DNA from: an uncultured Spirochaetota bacterium
GTDB lineage: Bacteria > Spirochaetota > Spirochaetia > SZUA-6 > Fen-1364
DNA length: 64,000 bases
Direction of reading: 5' to 3'
NCBI GenBank assembly: GCA_963734545.1
Contig: CAVTHO010000009.1
Span: 128,001-192,000 of the forward strand
Made by a program: the position numbers and the translations under genes. Below the pieces are notes generated by a model that searched no databases, was not told the origin of the DNA, and worked only from the letters and a program-made list of their open reading frames with translations. Shown here piece by piece: positions 42,021-52,084 of the stretch. Within the stretch, counting starts at the first letter, position 1; each line of letters opens with the position of its first letter.

Positions 42021-43934
42021 ATGGAAAACACTCTTGTAAAGGTGCATTGGTCGGTCGCCCAGAAGTATCCTGATTCAGCTGCACTCATGAGCAAGGACAA
42101 GAAAGGTGAGTGGTCCTCGGTCACTTTTCGTCAGTTCGCCGCCTCGTACGAATGTTTCGGAGCGGGTCTGCTCGAATTCGGCGTGAAAAGAGGTGACCAC
42201 GTCGGGGTCATTGCCGACAACCGGAAGGAATGGCTGTTCGCCAATCTGGGCATCCTCGGAATCGGTGCGGCGGATGTTCCCCGCGGCTGCGACACAATGC
42301 CCGACGAGGCGCGATTCATCCTCCACCATGCGGATTGTGGAATCAGCCTTGCGGAAAACGCGGAACAGCTCAGGAAGATCCTGGGAAAGAAAAAGGATCT
42401 TCCGCTCCTCAAGACCATCATCGTCATTGACGAGGAGTTCAAGCCGGAGGACTTCAGGGAGCCGACCGAGGGCGTGCAGATCGTCACCTATCAGCACATC
42501 ATGGAGCTCGGCAGGAAAAGGCTCGCCGCCGATCCGCAGGCGTACCGGCGCGAGATGGAGAAGGGAACGCCGGAAGAGCTTGCCACCATCATCTACACCT
42601 CGGGTACAACAGGTGAGCCGAAGGGCGTCATGCTCACCCACGGAAACTTCCTGCACAATATCCGCACCATCCCGAATGCCATTCACGTGGGACCCACCGA
42701 CATATTCCTGTCGGTCCTTCCCGTGTGGCACTCCTTCGAGCGCATGATCGACAACTTCGCCCTTTCCCAGGGCACGGCCCTTGCGTACTCCAAGCCTGTC
42801 GGGAAGATCATGCTCGCCGACATGGCGGCCGTGAAGCCCACGATAATGGCGTCGGTTCCCCGGATCTGGGAAGGGGTGCGGGCCGCGATCTACCGCAACG
42901 TGAACGAGGAAGGCGGAATCAAGAAGGCGTTGTTCCAATTCTTCGTTGCTGTGGGCAAAGCTCATGCCGCGGCGTCGGCCCTCGTCCGCGGACTCTTCCC
43001 ACGGTTCACGCGCAGGTACCGTATCACGGATTTCCTTATCGGCATCCTTCCCTTCATCCTGCTTTTCCCTCTCAAAGCCCTGGGCAATCTTCTCGTGTTC
43101 AAGAAGATCAAGGCCCGGCTGGGAGGACGGTTTCGTTTCACCGTTTCCGGTGGCGGAGCGCTTCCCCCGTACGTCGACAAGTTCTTCCAGGCCGCGGGAG
43201 TGCTCCTCCTGGAAGGGTACGGCCTCACGGAGACCACGCCCGTGGTATCCGTGCGGCTGCAGGATCATCCCGTACCGGGCACGATCGGTCCGCTCCTGGC
43301 CGAGATGCAGATGAAGCTGCTGGACCCCGAGACGGGTGTGGAAGTGGGACCGGGGAAAAAGGGAGTCATCTACCTCAAGGGTCCCAACGTCATGAAAGGC
43401 TACTACAAGCGGCCTGACAAGACGGCGGAGGTTCTTTCAGCCGATGGCTGGCTGAACACGGGGGACCTGGGCATGGTCACCTGGAAGGGCGAGATCCGGA
43501 TAATCGGCAGGACCAAGGAGACAATTGTTCTCCTTGGCGGGGAGAACGTCGAGCCGGTTCCAATCGAGGATACGATTCTCGAAAGCGAATACATCGACCA
43601 GGTCATGGTGGTCGGCCAGGACCAGAAATTCCTGGCCGCGCTCGTTGTGCTCAACGATGAAGCGATGGAGAGATACGCGAAGGAGCAGGAGATCGGCTGG
43701 ACGGACAAGACCGATCTTCTGAACAACTCGCAGATCCTGGAGCTTGTCTCCGATGAGATCAACTCCCGGGTCAACGCAAAGGGCGGCTTTCGGGAGTTCG
43801 AGCGGGTCTTCCGGTTCAAGGTGCTGCCGAAACATTTCCAGCCCGGCGTGGAGCTCTCCGCCAAGCAGAGCATGAAACGGAGCGTCATCGCCGATATCTA
43901 CAAAAAGGAAATCGCGGGCTTGTTCGAGATCTAG
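42021..43934 (+). CDS. Long-chain fatty acid-CoA ligase
   Basis: 'IYTSGTTGEPKGV', 'EGYGLTET', 'GWLNTGDLG', 'GENVEP'. Confidence 0.92.
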   Translation: MENTLVKVHWSVAQKYPDSAALMSKDKKGEWSSVTFRQFAASYECFGAGLLEFGVKRGDHVGVIADNRKEWLFANLGILGIGAADVPRGCDTMPDEARFILHHADCGISLAENAEQLRKILGKKKDLPLLKTIIVIDEEFKPEDFREPTEGVQIVTYQHIMELGRKRLAADPQAYRREMEKGTPEELATIIYTSGTTGEPKGVMLTHGNFLHNIRTIPNAIHVGPTDIFLSVLPVWHSFERMIDNFALSQGTALAYSKPVGKIMLADMAAVKPTIMASVPRIWEGVRAAIYRNVNEEGGIKKALFQFFVAVGKAHAAASALVRGLFPRFTRRYRITDFLIGILPFILLFPLKALGNLLVFKKIKARLGGRFRFTVSGGGALPPYVDKFFQAAGVLLLEGYGLTETTPVVSVRLQDHPVPGTIGPLLAEMQMKLLDPETGVEVGPGKKGVIYLKGPNVMKGYYKRPDKTAEVLSADGWLNTGDLGMVTWKGEIRIIGRTKETIVLLGGENVEPVPIEDTILESEYIDQVMVVGQDQKFLAALVVLNDEAMERYAKEQEIGWTDKTDLLNNSQILELVSDEINSRVNAKGGFREFERVFRFKVLPKHFQPGVELSAKQSMKRSVIADIYKKEIAGLFEI

Positions 43935-43983
43935 CCGGAGAGGGCGAAAGGAACGGTCCCGCCGTCGGAGCAGCGGCGCGGGC

Positions 43984-45051
43984 TCAGCGGCCCGCTGTCT
44001 TCAGAAGGCGGTCCGGCTTCACGATGCCTTTCTCGGTGATGATGCCCGTCACGAGGGATGCCGGGGTGACATCGAATGCGGGGTTCCGCGCGCGCGCGCC
44101 GGAACTCGCAATCCGTACCGTCCTCGTGATGCCCGCCTCATCGGGGCCTGCCGCGGTGAGCACCTCCGCTTCTCCCCGCTCTTCGATCGGAATGGAGTCT
44201 CCGGTCGGGCACGCGAAGTCGATTGTCGATGTCGGCGCGGCGACGTAGAAGGAGATCCCGTTCTCCCGTGCAAGGACAGCCTTCTCATAGGTGCCGATCT
44301 TGTTTGCCACGTCTCCATTTCTCGCAATCCGATCCGCGCCCACGATGACGATGTCCACCTCTCCCCGGCGCATGAAGAAACCCGCCGCGTTGTCGGGAAT
44401 GACGCGAAACTCGATCCCCTCCCCCGCCAGCTCCCAGGCGGTCAGGCGCGCTCCCTGGAGACGGGGCCGGGTTTCATCCACCCATACGAAGAGGCGCTTC
44501 CCCTCCCGCTTCGCCCTGTACACCGGCGACAGCGCCGTTCCCCAGTCGGTGAATGCGAGCCATCCCGCGTTGCAGTGGGTGAGCACCCGGGCGCCGTCCC
44601 GTATCAGAGGCGCGCCCGCCTCCCCGATCCGCCGGCCCGCATCCACGTCCTCCTCCGCAAGCGTGTCCGCCTCCGCGCACGCGGCCTCCCGGGCGCGCGC
44701 CACATCGGGGAGGGCACCCAGCGCCGCGGCACGCACGCGGTCAATGGCGTAGAAGAGGTTCTGCGCCGTGGGACGCGTGGATTTCAGGAGAGACGCGGCG
44801 GCGTCCATGTAGGCGCGGAACTCCGTCAAGGAAGCCGGCGCCTCCCGGGCAGCCTGGGCCACTCCGAATCCCCCCGCCACGCCGATTGCGCCCGCTCCCC
44901 TCGTCACCATGTCCTTGATGGCGCGCGCCGTAACGCGATGATCCGGTGAGTCGAAAATGGCAAACTGGAAGGGCAGCAGGATCTGGTCGATCATGCGCAC
45001 CGTCCCGCCTTCCCTCCAGACCGTCCGGTAGGGGGTGCCGTTGACGAGCAT
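43984..45051 (-). CDS. mtnA: S-methyl-5-thioribose-1-phosphate isomerase
   Basis: 'MVTRGAGAIG', 'TRPTAQNL', 'LTHCNAG', 'DETRPRLQGARLTAWEL', 'GADRIARNGDVANKIGTY', 'NPAFDVTP'. Confidence 0.93.
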   Translation of the reverse strand: MLVNGTPYRTVWREGGTVRMIDQILLPFQFAIFDSPDHRVTARAIKDMVTRGAGAIGVAGGFGVAQAAREAPASLTEFRAYMDAAASLLKSTRPTAQNLFYAIDRVRAAALGALPDVARAREAACAEADTLAEEDVDAGRRIGEAGAPLIRDGARVLTHCNAGWLAFTDWGTALSPVYRAKREGKRLFVWVDETRPRLQGARLTAWELAGEGIEFRVIPDNAAGFFMRRGEVDIVIVGADRIARNGDVANKIGTYEKAVLARENGISFYVAAPTSTIDFACPTGDSIPIEERGEAEVLTAAGPDEAGITRTVRIASSGARARNPAFDVTPASLVTGIITEKGIVKPDRLLKTAGR

Positions 45052-45097
45052 GAGGGGAACTATAGCGCACCTTTCGCGGATCAGATAGGATGCGGCC

Positions 45098-46727
45098 ATG
45101 GTGCACAGCATCGCCATCGCCGATGTCCCCTCCACCACACCCCTGTTCGCCGATTTCTGGAAAGGAAAGGAAACCTTTCGCGGCCTTCTTCCCCGGCATT
45201 TCATGGATCCGCGCGCCTTCTCGGAGCAGGCCGGCCTGCTTGCCCGCGCCCGCTACGACCGCGGCACGCTGTGCACGGTGCTCCGCGAGCAGAACGAAAG
45301 GTTCGGCGCGGGCGCACAGACGCTGCGGTCCATCGACGCGCTGGAGGGGCCCGGCTCCATGGTCGTGATCGGAGGTCAGCAGGCCGGGTTGTTCGGCGGC
45401 CCCCTCTACACGGTGCACAAGGCCCTGACGATCATCGTGCTCGCCCGCAGGATGGCGAAACAACTGCGACCGGCCGGTGATCCCCGTGTTCTGGATCGCC
45501 TCCGAGGACAGCGATCTCGCGGAGGTGAATCACACCTTCGTTGTCGACAGGGACGGTCGGCTGCGGGAGCTTCGTCTGCACGAAGCGGTGGAAGCGAAGC
45601 TTCCGGTCTCCCGTGTGCGCCTCGGGGAGGAGATCGGGCCGCTCATGAACGAGCTGGCCGCCGCGCTTCCCGAGGCAGATGGCGCGGAGAATGTACTCGC
45701 CGACCTGCGGGCGGCGTACGCCCCCGGCCGCACCTATCCGCAGGCCTTCGGCTCCTGGATGACGAATCTCTTCGGCGAGCAGGGACTGGTGCTCGTCGAT
45801 CCTTCCGATGTCCGGCTGAAACGGATGGCGCATTCGCTTTTCGAGCGCGAGATCAGGGAGAACAGCCCGGTGAGCGCCGCGGTCATCGCGCAGACCCGCC
45901 GGATGATCGAGGCGGGATACGCGCCGCAGATCGAGCTGCGGGAAGGGTTCCTCACTCTTTTCCACCAGGACCCTGCCCGGCAGGCCATCGCGCTCCGCAG
46001 GAACGGATTCGAGCTGAAGTCGACCGGGAAGACCTTTACAGCGGAGGAGCTCGCCGGTCTCCTGGAGCGCAGCCCGGAGAGCTTCACTCCCAACGCGGTG
46101 CTGCGTCCCCTGTACCAGGACACGCTCTTTCCCACGCTGGCTGCGGTCCTCGGTCCATCGGAGATCGCCTACTTCTCACAGCTCACGCTGGCCTATGAGC
46201 GGATGGGCATCCCGATGCCGATCGTTTTTCCCCGCTCCTCCCTCACCCTGGTGGAACCGAAAATGGAGAAGCTCATGGCCAGGCTCGGCGTGGGCCTGAG
46301 GGACCTCCTCGTGCGCGGGGAACGAATAATCGACGACATATTGAAGAGAGACATTCCCGAGTCCCTCACCACGCGGGTCATGGAGGGCAGGGCCTCTGTG
46401 ACGGCAGCCTGGAAAACGATCATCGGCGAGATCGACACGCTTGATCCCACGCTGCATCGGACGGCGGAACTGGGATCAGGCAGGGCCCTGCGCCAGTTCG
46501 ATTTCATGGAAAAGAAGATCGCGCAGGCAGCCCGGAAAAAGAACGGGATCCTCCGCGGGCAGGTGGAGAGGCTCGTCGCCGCCCTGGCGCCCAGGAACGG
46601 CCTGCAGGAGAGGACGCTCACGGCGCTCCCCTTTCTTGCGCGCTACGGAAAACAGATTCTCACCCAGGCAGCGGAAGGCATCGATCCGTTCGCCCCCGAG
46701 CACAGGGGGCTGGTGGTGGATCAATGA
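45098..46727 (+). CDS. bshC: Bacillithiol biosynthesis cysteine-adding enzyme (frameshift near 45470)
   Basis: 'GGQQAGLFGGPLYTVHKA', 'PVFWIASEDSDLAEVNH', 'PNAVLRPLYQD', 'GPSEIAY', 'LQER'. Confidence 0.9.
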
Positions 46728-47446
46728 CGCTGGACATACTGGCATTCGGCGCGCATCCGGATGACGTGGAGCTGGCCGCGAGCGGTACCCTGATCAAGGC
46801 GGGACGCGGCGGCGCGAAAACGGGCGTGATCACCCTCACCCGCGGAGAGATGGGCACGCGCGGCACTCCCGCCGCGCGGGCGGCTGAGTTCGAGGCGGCA
46901 GGTGACGCGATGGGTCTCACTCATCGGGAAATGCTCTCCCTGCCGGACGGCAGGCTGGCCCCGGACCAGGGGGCAAAGGAAGCCGTGGTTCGGGAGATCA
47001 GGGAGCATCGGCCGCGCATCGTCCTTCTGCCCTATTGGGAGGACAGGCATCCCGATCACGGCGCCGCTTCACGCATCATCCAGGAGGCGGCATTCCTGGC
47101 GGGACTTCGCAAGCTGGAAACCGGCCAGGAGCCGCACCGCCCGTCCGAGCTTGTCTACTACATGGCCAGCTGGGAGTTCGAGCCGAGCTTTATCGTCGAT
47201 ATCAGCGACGTGATCGAGGACAAGATCAAGGCGATCCAGGCATACGGCACGCAAGTGCACAATCCGGGCTACGCGGGGAACGAGCCGCCCACCTTCATCT
47301 CCAGCCAGCACTTCCAGGAGCTGCTCATGACCCGCATGGCCCACTACGGACACCTCATCGGAAAGAAGTACGGGGAGCCCTTCCGCATCAAGGGTCTGAT
47401 CGAGGTGAAAGACCTGCTGGAGTCTTTCGGAAGCCGGACGTTTTAG
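46724..47446 (+). CDS. bshB1: Bacillithiol biosynthesis deacetylase (PIG-L family)
   Basis: 'GAHPDDVEL', 'LTRGEMGTRGT', 'DRHPDH'; coupled to bshC. Confidence 0.88.
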   Translation: MTLDILAFGAHPDDVELAASGTLIKAGRGGAKTGVITLTRGEMGTRGTPAARAAEFEAAGDAMGLTHREMLSLPDGRLAPDQGAKEAVVREIREHRPRIVLLPYWEDRHPDHGAASRIIQEAAFLAGLRKLETGQEPHRPSELVYYMASWEFEPSFIVDISDVIEDKIKAIQAYGTQVHNPGYAGNEPPTFISSQHFQELLMTRMAHYGHLIGKKYGEPFRIKGLIEVKDLLESFGSRTF

Positions 47447-47733
47447 CTCTCCCCTTGCGATGCAGGGGATTGCCTGGTAATGCGCCCCTCTTAATCGTGG
47501 ATAACAGTCACCGTGGTGTAGCGAGTCGCCGAGCCAAAGCTATGACTTACCGCACACTCGCTCTGAGTAATGAAGTGTACTTTCTTCACTTCGGCGAGAA
47601 GCTGATTCAATGCGGTTTCAAGTGCCACGGAACGGCCTCCTCCGGGCTTCGGAGATCAAGCAGCTTCTCATAGTAGAACCACGCGCAGGGAATGCAAGGC
47701 CCAATCGGGTGGATGTACAACTCGGCTCGCCGC

Positions 47734-50634
47734 CTAATGGCCCGTTGGCCCTGAAGGCTTATCTGCGCCTTGCTTCAGAATGATGGTCGCACCCCCTGGC
47801 ACACCCGACGTCTGCTTTAATTCGATGGAAGCGCCGTTTTCTAGAATCTTGATTACCCTCTGCTCCTGGACCACGCGGAACTCAACCGACCGGCTTTCTC
47901 CTCCCGTGAGCGCGAGATCGAAAGACTCGGGCTCAATTCTATGGTAGCTCGGAAGCTGTCCCCCTGCGATACGAAGCACATAGTTTCCCGGTCGCACATC
48001 CTGGAAGCTGAAATCCCCATTGGGGCTCGTCAGCTTTCGCCGAATCTCGGCACCGTTGGCTATTTCGATGATCACGTTTCCGAGGCCCCCGAGTCGTGCG
48101 CGATTGGTTTCCCCTGATTCTGCGCCCGATCCTTTCTGATCCAACGGAAGGTAGGCGCCGGCCTCGTCCGGGAACCCGTACACGCCGACGTTCCCCGTGA
48201 CCGAGCAACTCTTGATCATCCCTATGGCGAGGGAAATCGTCGACCCGCTCGGTGCCGTCACCGCCAGAGGCATCGGTTCCACTGGCACCATACCGGGTCT
48301 TACGGTCGCCAAATCCACGTGGACGTACTTGGTTCCCGATTGGGGAAGGTAGAACGTGAACCGTCCCTTCGCATCGCTGAGCGCCGCAAGGCCGTCCAGA
48401 CGGAGCAGGACCCCTGGCATGGGCTCATCAGTCGAGGCGTTGTACACGCGACCCGTTACAGTTGCCGTATCCGGCTTTCGGCTGATCGGCAGATCGAATG
48501 GCACCCCATAAGTGAGTTGCAGAGAATAATAGGGCGTCCAGGACTCCGGATCATAGGTGAGTCCGACATCAAGCTGCGCCGTGAGAGTAGTGCCCCATGA
48601 GAAGGCAGTCGTGAGTTTGGCTCCGACGGACGCCAGAAGCTCGGTGAAACCCGCCTGGCTGAAAATGTAGCTGTTGCCGGCCTTTGCTTCCAGCTGGGTT
48701 TTCGCTTTCGAGTATCGAGCGTCCACCTGCCAGCCCGCAACATGTGAAGCATTCCCGTTTGAATCCAGCCTGCCGTTGTAGAGGAGCGAAGCGGCATACC
48801 ATGCCGTATCGGCTGGTTGAAACTCGAAAGAGAGGTTGTGCTGTTGCTCCAGGGACGAAACCCCATTTGCTTTATCGAACTCGAAGCCTGCCGAGGACGC
48901 AAGGCCGATGGCGAACGGCTTGAGGGGCTGGCGCAGCGAGAGTCGGAAGATGTTTTGCCAGGAGTCATATCTCGGCGCGGGAAGCCTGTCTATGCGTCGC
49001 CAGTTTTCCCAGTCCAGCCTGAGCCGCATGCCCCACCGTGGTATTTCTCCCTCCGCGCCCAGAGAGATCTCCATGGTCCGATCTGCCGACAGTTGCGCAG
49101 GATCAAGGAGCAGGTTGGCATCAGCCATCGAGAAGCCGCCGTGCAGGGTGAGGAAGGGGGGCAGGACGCGCACGTGGACGAGCGTACGCAGGGATTGTGT
49201 GTCGCTGAACGTTCCCTGAAAACCAGGCCATGCCCTGACGAATCGCGCGGTCCAGGAAACAGGTTCGAGATTGCCCTGGGACCATGCAAAGACCGCCGGG
49301 CGGAGGCTGCCGGAAGTATCGTCCTGGATCGCCGTGTCAAGCTGAAACTGGAGGTTCTCCGTCGGATTGTATTGCTGCATCAGGCCGAAGGAAATGCTGT
49401 CCGTAATCGGCGAGAAGGCGCTCAGCCCCGCGCGGTACACCACGTCGTCCCATTGCCCCGATCGGGGAATCGTGAAGTCAGCGGTCCCGCCTATCGCCTG
49501 CGCCCCCTGCGGCGACCAGACGTCCTTGTAGTACAGGCCGCCGAAACGAAACGGGGAGAGGTTCACCATGCCCCGGATTCCCCGGCCGAACACGTCCTCA
49601 GCGAGCAGCGGAGAGATCGCGTAGGGGAGATCCCCCAGCCCCAGCTCGCCGTAGCGACTCTCGTACTGGAAGCTGTAGCGGTCCGTCGGATTGAAGAGCG
49701 GATCAAAAGTGGTGTCGACCCGTTTGCGAAGCTCCAGATCGACTCTGTGCTCGCCGGCCTCGTCTATGGTGCCATGAGCTTTCACGGATTCCTCGAGACC
49801 CGCGGTCAGCTTCTGGTCATAGCCGCTTAAAATTGTCGTCTCGGTGAAAAACGGCACCGCGTGCGAGAGGATCCTGGCGTCGACCGAAAGTGGGACGACC
49901 TCGACAGAGCTTGCGGCAATTGCCAGCGGTGCGCCTGGTCCCGTGGCTCCAGCTTCCTCAGCCGGATGTAGGCGCACGGTGACCTGGAGGGGGTGGAGCA
50001 CAGACGTGACCAGCAGCGGGTCCGTACGCACCGCGATGCTGAACACTTTTACATCACCGGCAGGCACGATCGTCCCCGCCGCGCCCCCAAGACCGCTGAT
50101 CTTGAACGGGAACAGGGACCCGCTCGTCACGTCAACCTCGACCTCAACGTCCGTGTTCCCGGTGTTGGAAATAACAAAGGATGTCGTGTATTCCTTGCCG
50201 GCAATCACGAAAGAGGGGCGTTCCAGGAGCTTCAAATCGAGGGCAACCTCGGGCAGGACACGTACTTTGAGGTCGCACCCCGCGCTGAGCGTCGGGTCGT
50301 CGAGGTCTTTCACCCGGTACGCAACGACGTACTCTGCGGCGGCGGCACGAGACGGAACGAGGAAAGAGACCACGTGAAGGTCGGTCGCCGAAGGCGCCAG
50401 GACGAACGGTCCCTCCTGCGTGAGCGCCTTCCAGCCGGGAGGAAGCGAAGGCTCGAGAATCAGCGTGCGGGCCTGCGGGCCGCTGTTTGATACGGACAGC
50501 GCGAAGGTGACTGCCTGCCGGGTATGAACCTCGAGAAGATCCACCCCTGTCGTCCTCACGGTGACCGGCAGATTCTCCGCACCGGCCGTGGTTGCGACTG
50601 CCAGCAGGAGAATCGGGATAAGGCGGCGGAGCAC
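47734..50634 (-). CDS. Large exported protein: N-terminal Ig-like domains, central beta-barrel-like region, C-terminal carboxypeptidase-regulatory-like domains (usher-like)
   Basis: Probable GTG start 50634 with signal peptide VLRRLIPILLLAVATTAGA; 'VSNSG..LPPGW', 'ISNTGN'; 'ELGLGDLPYAISPLL..GRG'; 'VTGRVYN..DAKGRF'; 'NGDFSFQDVRPGNY'. Confidence 0.6.
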   Translation of the reverse strand: MLRRLIPILLLAVATTAGAENLPVTVRTTGVDLLEVHTRQAVTFALSVSNSGPQARTLILEPSLPPGWKALTQEGPFVLAPSATDLHVVSFLVPSRAAAAEYVVAYRVKDLDDPTLSAGCDLKVRVLPEVALDLKLLERPSFVIAGKEYTTSFVISNTGNTDVEVEVDVTSGSLFPFKISGLGGAAGTIVPAGDVKVFSIAVRTDPLLVTSVLHPLQVTVRLHPAEEAGATGPGAPLAIAASSVEVVPLSVDARILSHAVPFFTETTILSGYDQKLTAGLEESVKAHGTIDEAGEHRVDLELRKRVDTTFDPLFNPTDRYSFQYESRYGELGLGDLPYAISPLLAEDVFGRGIRGMVNLSPFRFGGLYYKDVWSPQGAQAIGGTADFTIPRSGQWDDVVYRAGLSAFSPITDSISFGLMQQYNPTENLQFQLDTAIQDDTSGSLRPAVFAWSQGNLEPVSWTARFVRAWPGFQGTFSDTQSLRTLVHVRVLPPFLTLHGGFSMADANLLLDPAQLSADRTMEISLGAEGEIPRWGMRLRLDWENWRRIDRLPAPRYDSWQNIFRLSLRQPLKPFAIGLASSAGFEFDKANGVSSLEQQHNLSFEFQPADTAWYAASLLYNGRLDSNGNASHVAGWQVDARYSKAKTQLEAKAGNSYIFSQAGFTELLASVGAKLTTAFSWGTTLTAQLDVGLTYDPESWTPYYSLQLTYGVPFDLPISRKPDTATVTGRVYNASTDEPMPGVLLRLDGLAALSDAKGRFTFYLPQSGTKYVHVDLATVRPGMVPVEPMPLAVTAPSGSTISLAIGMIKSCSVTGNVGVYGFPDEAGAYLPLDQKGSGAESGETNRARLGGLGNVIIEIANGAEIRRKLTSPNGDFSFQDVRPGNYVLRIAGGQLPSYHRIEPESFDLALTGGESRSVEFRVVQEQRVIKILENGASIELKQTSGVPGGATIILKQGADKPSGPTGH

Positions 50635-50635
50635 C

Positions 50636-51460
50636 TTACTGCTTGAGCACGAGGGTAACGTTGGCGCCGAATACATCCTCGTCCCCGCAATCGACGACGA
50701 TCAGGGCTTTGTAGGAAGGATCCTGGACACCGATCAGATCCACCGTGAACCGCACCGAGGTCCCCGGATACATCCTCTGTTTCCCGCCGTCGAACTTGCC
50801 GACTTTGGTCCCCCTGGAATCGTAGAGCTCGGCCCACAGAGTGCCGCGCAGCCATCGCTCACCCGTGTTTTGCACGTCGACGAGGAGTAGTCTCTTTTCT
50901 TTTTCGCTGACCAGACTGATCTGGCTGAACTTCAAGAGCCGGGTGCCGGTGGCACCTATGTGGGTCACGATCTGGACCGCGTAGCGCAGCACCTGGCTCA
51001 CCCCCACGCCGGTGTTCTTCGGCCCGGGCTGGCTGGACTCCGCGGACCCTTCCGGGACGGGCTCCACCATGACAACGCTCCAATAGGTCCCGGCCAGCGT
51101 TGCATCATTCGGCACCTGGACGCTGAAGTGCAGCGACACGGTCTCATTCGGCGGGATCGTAACCTGCTGGGGAGACAGCGTCATCCAGCGGGCATTGGAC
51201 CTCGGGAGCGCGCCGGGATCTCCGTAGAGCACCTTCCCATCCGCATAAAAGAAATAGTCGGTCTGGTAGGTCTTGATCTCCTGCGGCGTTTTCTCGGGAT
51301 TCTTTACATCGATGGAGCCTTCATAGGTGCGTCCCGGCGCCACCTCGTACTCACGAGTGAGCGATCCTGTAACGATGATCCCCGCGTAACACGCAAGCGG
51401 CGCAGCGAGCAAACCAACCATGACGGCAACGATGCGAACGTTCATATTCCTCCGGCTCAT
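50636..51460 (-). CDS. Periplasmic pilus-chaperone-like protein (two Ig-like domains)
   Basis: Signal peptide; 'WMTLSPQQVTIPPNET', 'GTYWSVVMVEP', 'RYAVQIVTH', 'VQNTGE', 'MYPGTS'. Confidence 0.65.
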   Translation of the reverse strand: MSRRNMNVRIVAVMVGLLAAPLACYAGIIVTGSLTREYEVAPGRTYEGSIDVKNPEKTPQEIKTYQTDYFFYADGKVLYGDPGALPRSNARWMTLSPQQVTIPPNETVSLHFSVQVPNDATLAGTYWSVVMVEPVPEGSAESSQPGPKNTGVGVSQVLRYAVQIVTHIGATGTRLLKFSQISLVSEKEKRLLLVDVQNTGERWLRGTLWAELYDSRGTKVGKFDGGKQRMYPGTSVRFTVDLIGVQDPSYKALIVVDCGDEDVFGANVTLVLKQ

Positions 51461-51463
51461 CTG

Positions 51464-52009
51464 TCAGAACTCCGTCACGGTGTACGTGACGCTCGTTACA
51501 TCGCTGGGCGTCACCAGATTGGGAGCAGACACGCCACGAATCTGAAGCTGGCATCGGATGTTTCTCACTGCTGTTCGGGTGTTGCAGCGGAAAAGCTCCG
51601 TGGGGACGTTCGTGACCTGCTGATAGACATTCAAGGGTCCGACGAGGTTGCCCGCGGGGGTGCCATTGTTGGTACGCCGGATCCACAATTGCAGGTTGGC
51701 GCCCCAGGTGGCGGTATAGGTCCTGCTGACAGTGACTACCCACCCCGTCATCCCGCCCGTGAATGGAGCGTTCACTCGCAAAACAGTCTGGTTGGCCGCA
51801 CTGGTGTAGGTGGTTGTGGTAAAATCTCTTCCCGCTGCCGGAACCGGTGAGGGCGCGGCCGGGATGGTGACCGTCCAACCGCCGGCGCCGGTCGAGATCA
51901 CCAAGGCCAGCGGGACGGCGGGCTCTGCGACAACAAGCAAAAACAGCAGATTGAGAACTAGGCTCCCCGCTCGAACCGGCTGTGGAAGGGATGAAAAAAA
52001 ATCGCGCAT
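51464..52009 (-). CDS. Secreted pilin-like protein (minor subunit candidate)
   Basis: Hydrophobic leader; Thr/Val-rich beta protein; C-terminal alternating strand 'SVTYTVTEF'. Confidence 0.55.
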   Translation of the reverse strand: MRDFFSSLPQPVRAGSLVLNLLFLLVVAEPAVPLALVISTGAGGWTVTIPAAPSPVPAAGRDFTTTTYTSAANQTVLRVNAPFTGGMTGWVVTVSRTYTATWGANLQLWIRRTNNGTPAGNLVGPLNVYQQVTNVPTELFRCNTRTAVRNIRCQLQIRGVSAPNLVTPSDVTSVTYTVTEF

Positions 52010-52012
52010 GCG

Positions 52013-52068
52013 AAAAAAAACGGAGAGGGCCGGATCGAGGCATTACGCCTCTCCACTAGCCCTTCCGT
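52013..52068 (-). terminator. Intrinsic terminator-like hairpin after the first pilin-like gene
   Basis: Minus strand ACGGAAGGGC...GCCCTCTCCG followed by T8. Confidence 0.55.
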
Positions 52069-52084
52069 CCTTTCAGTGGTCGGC

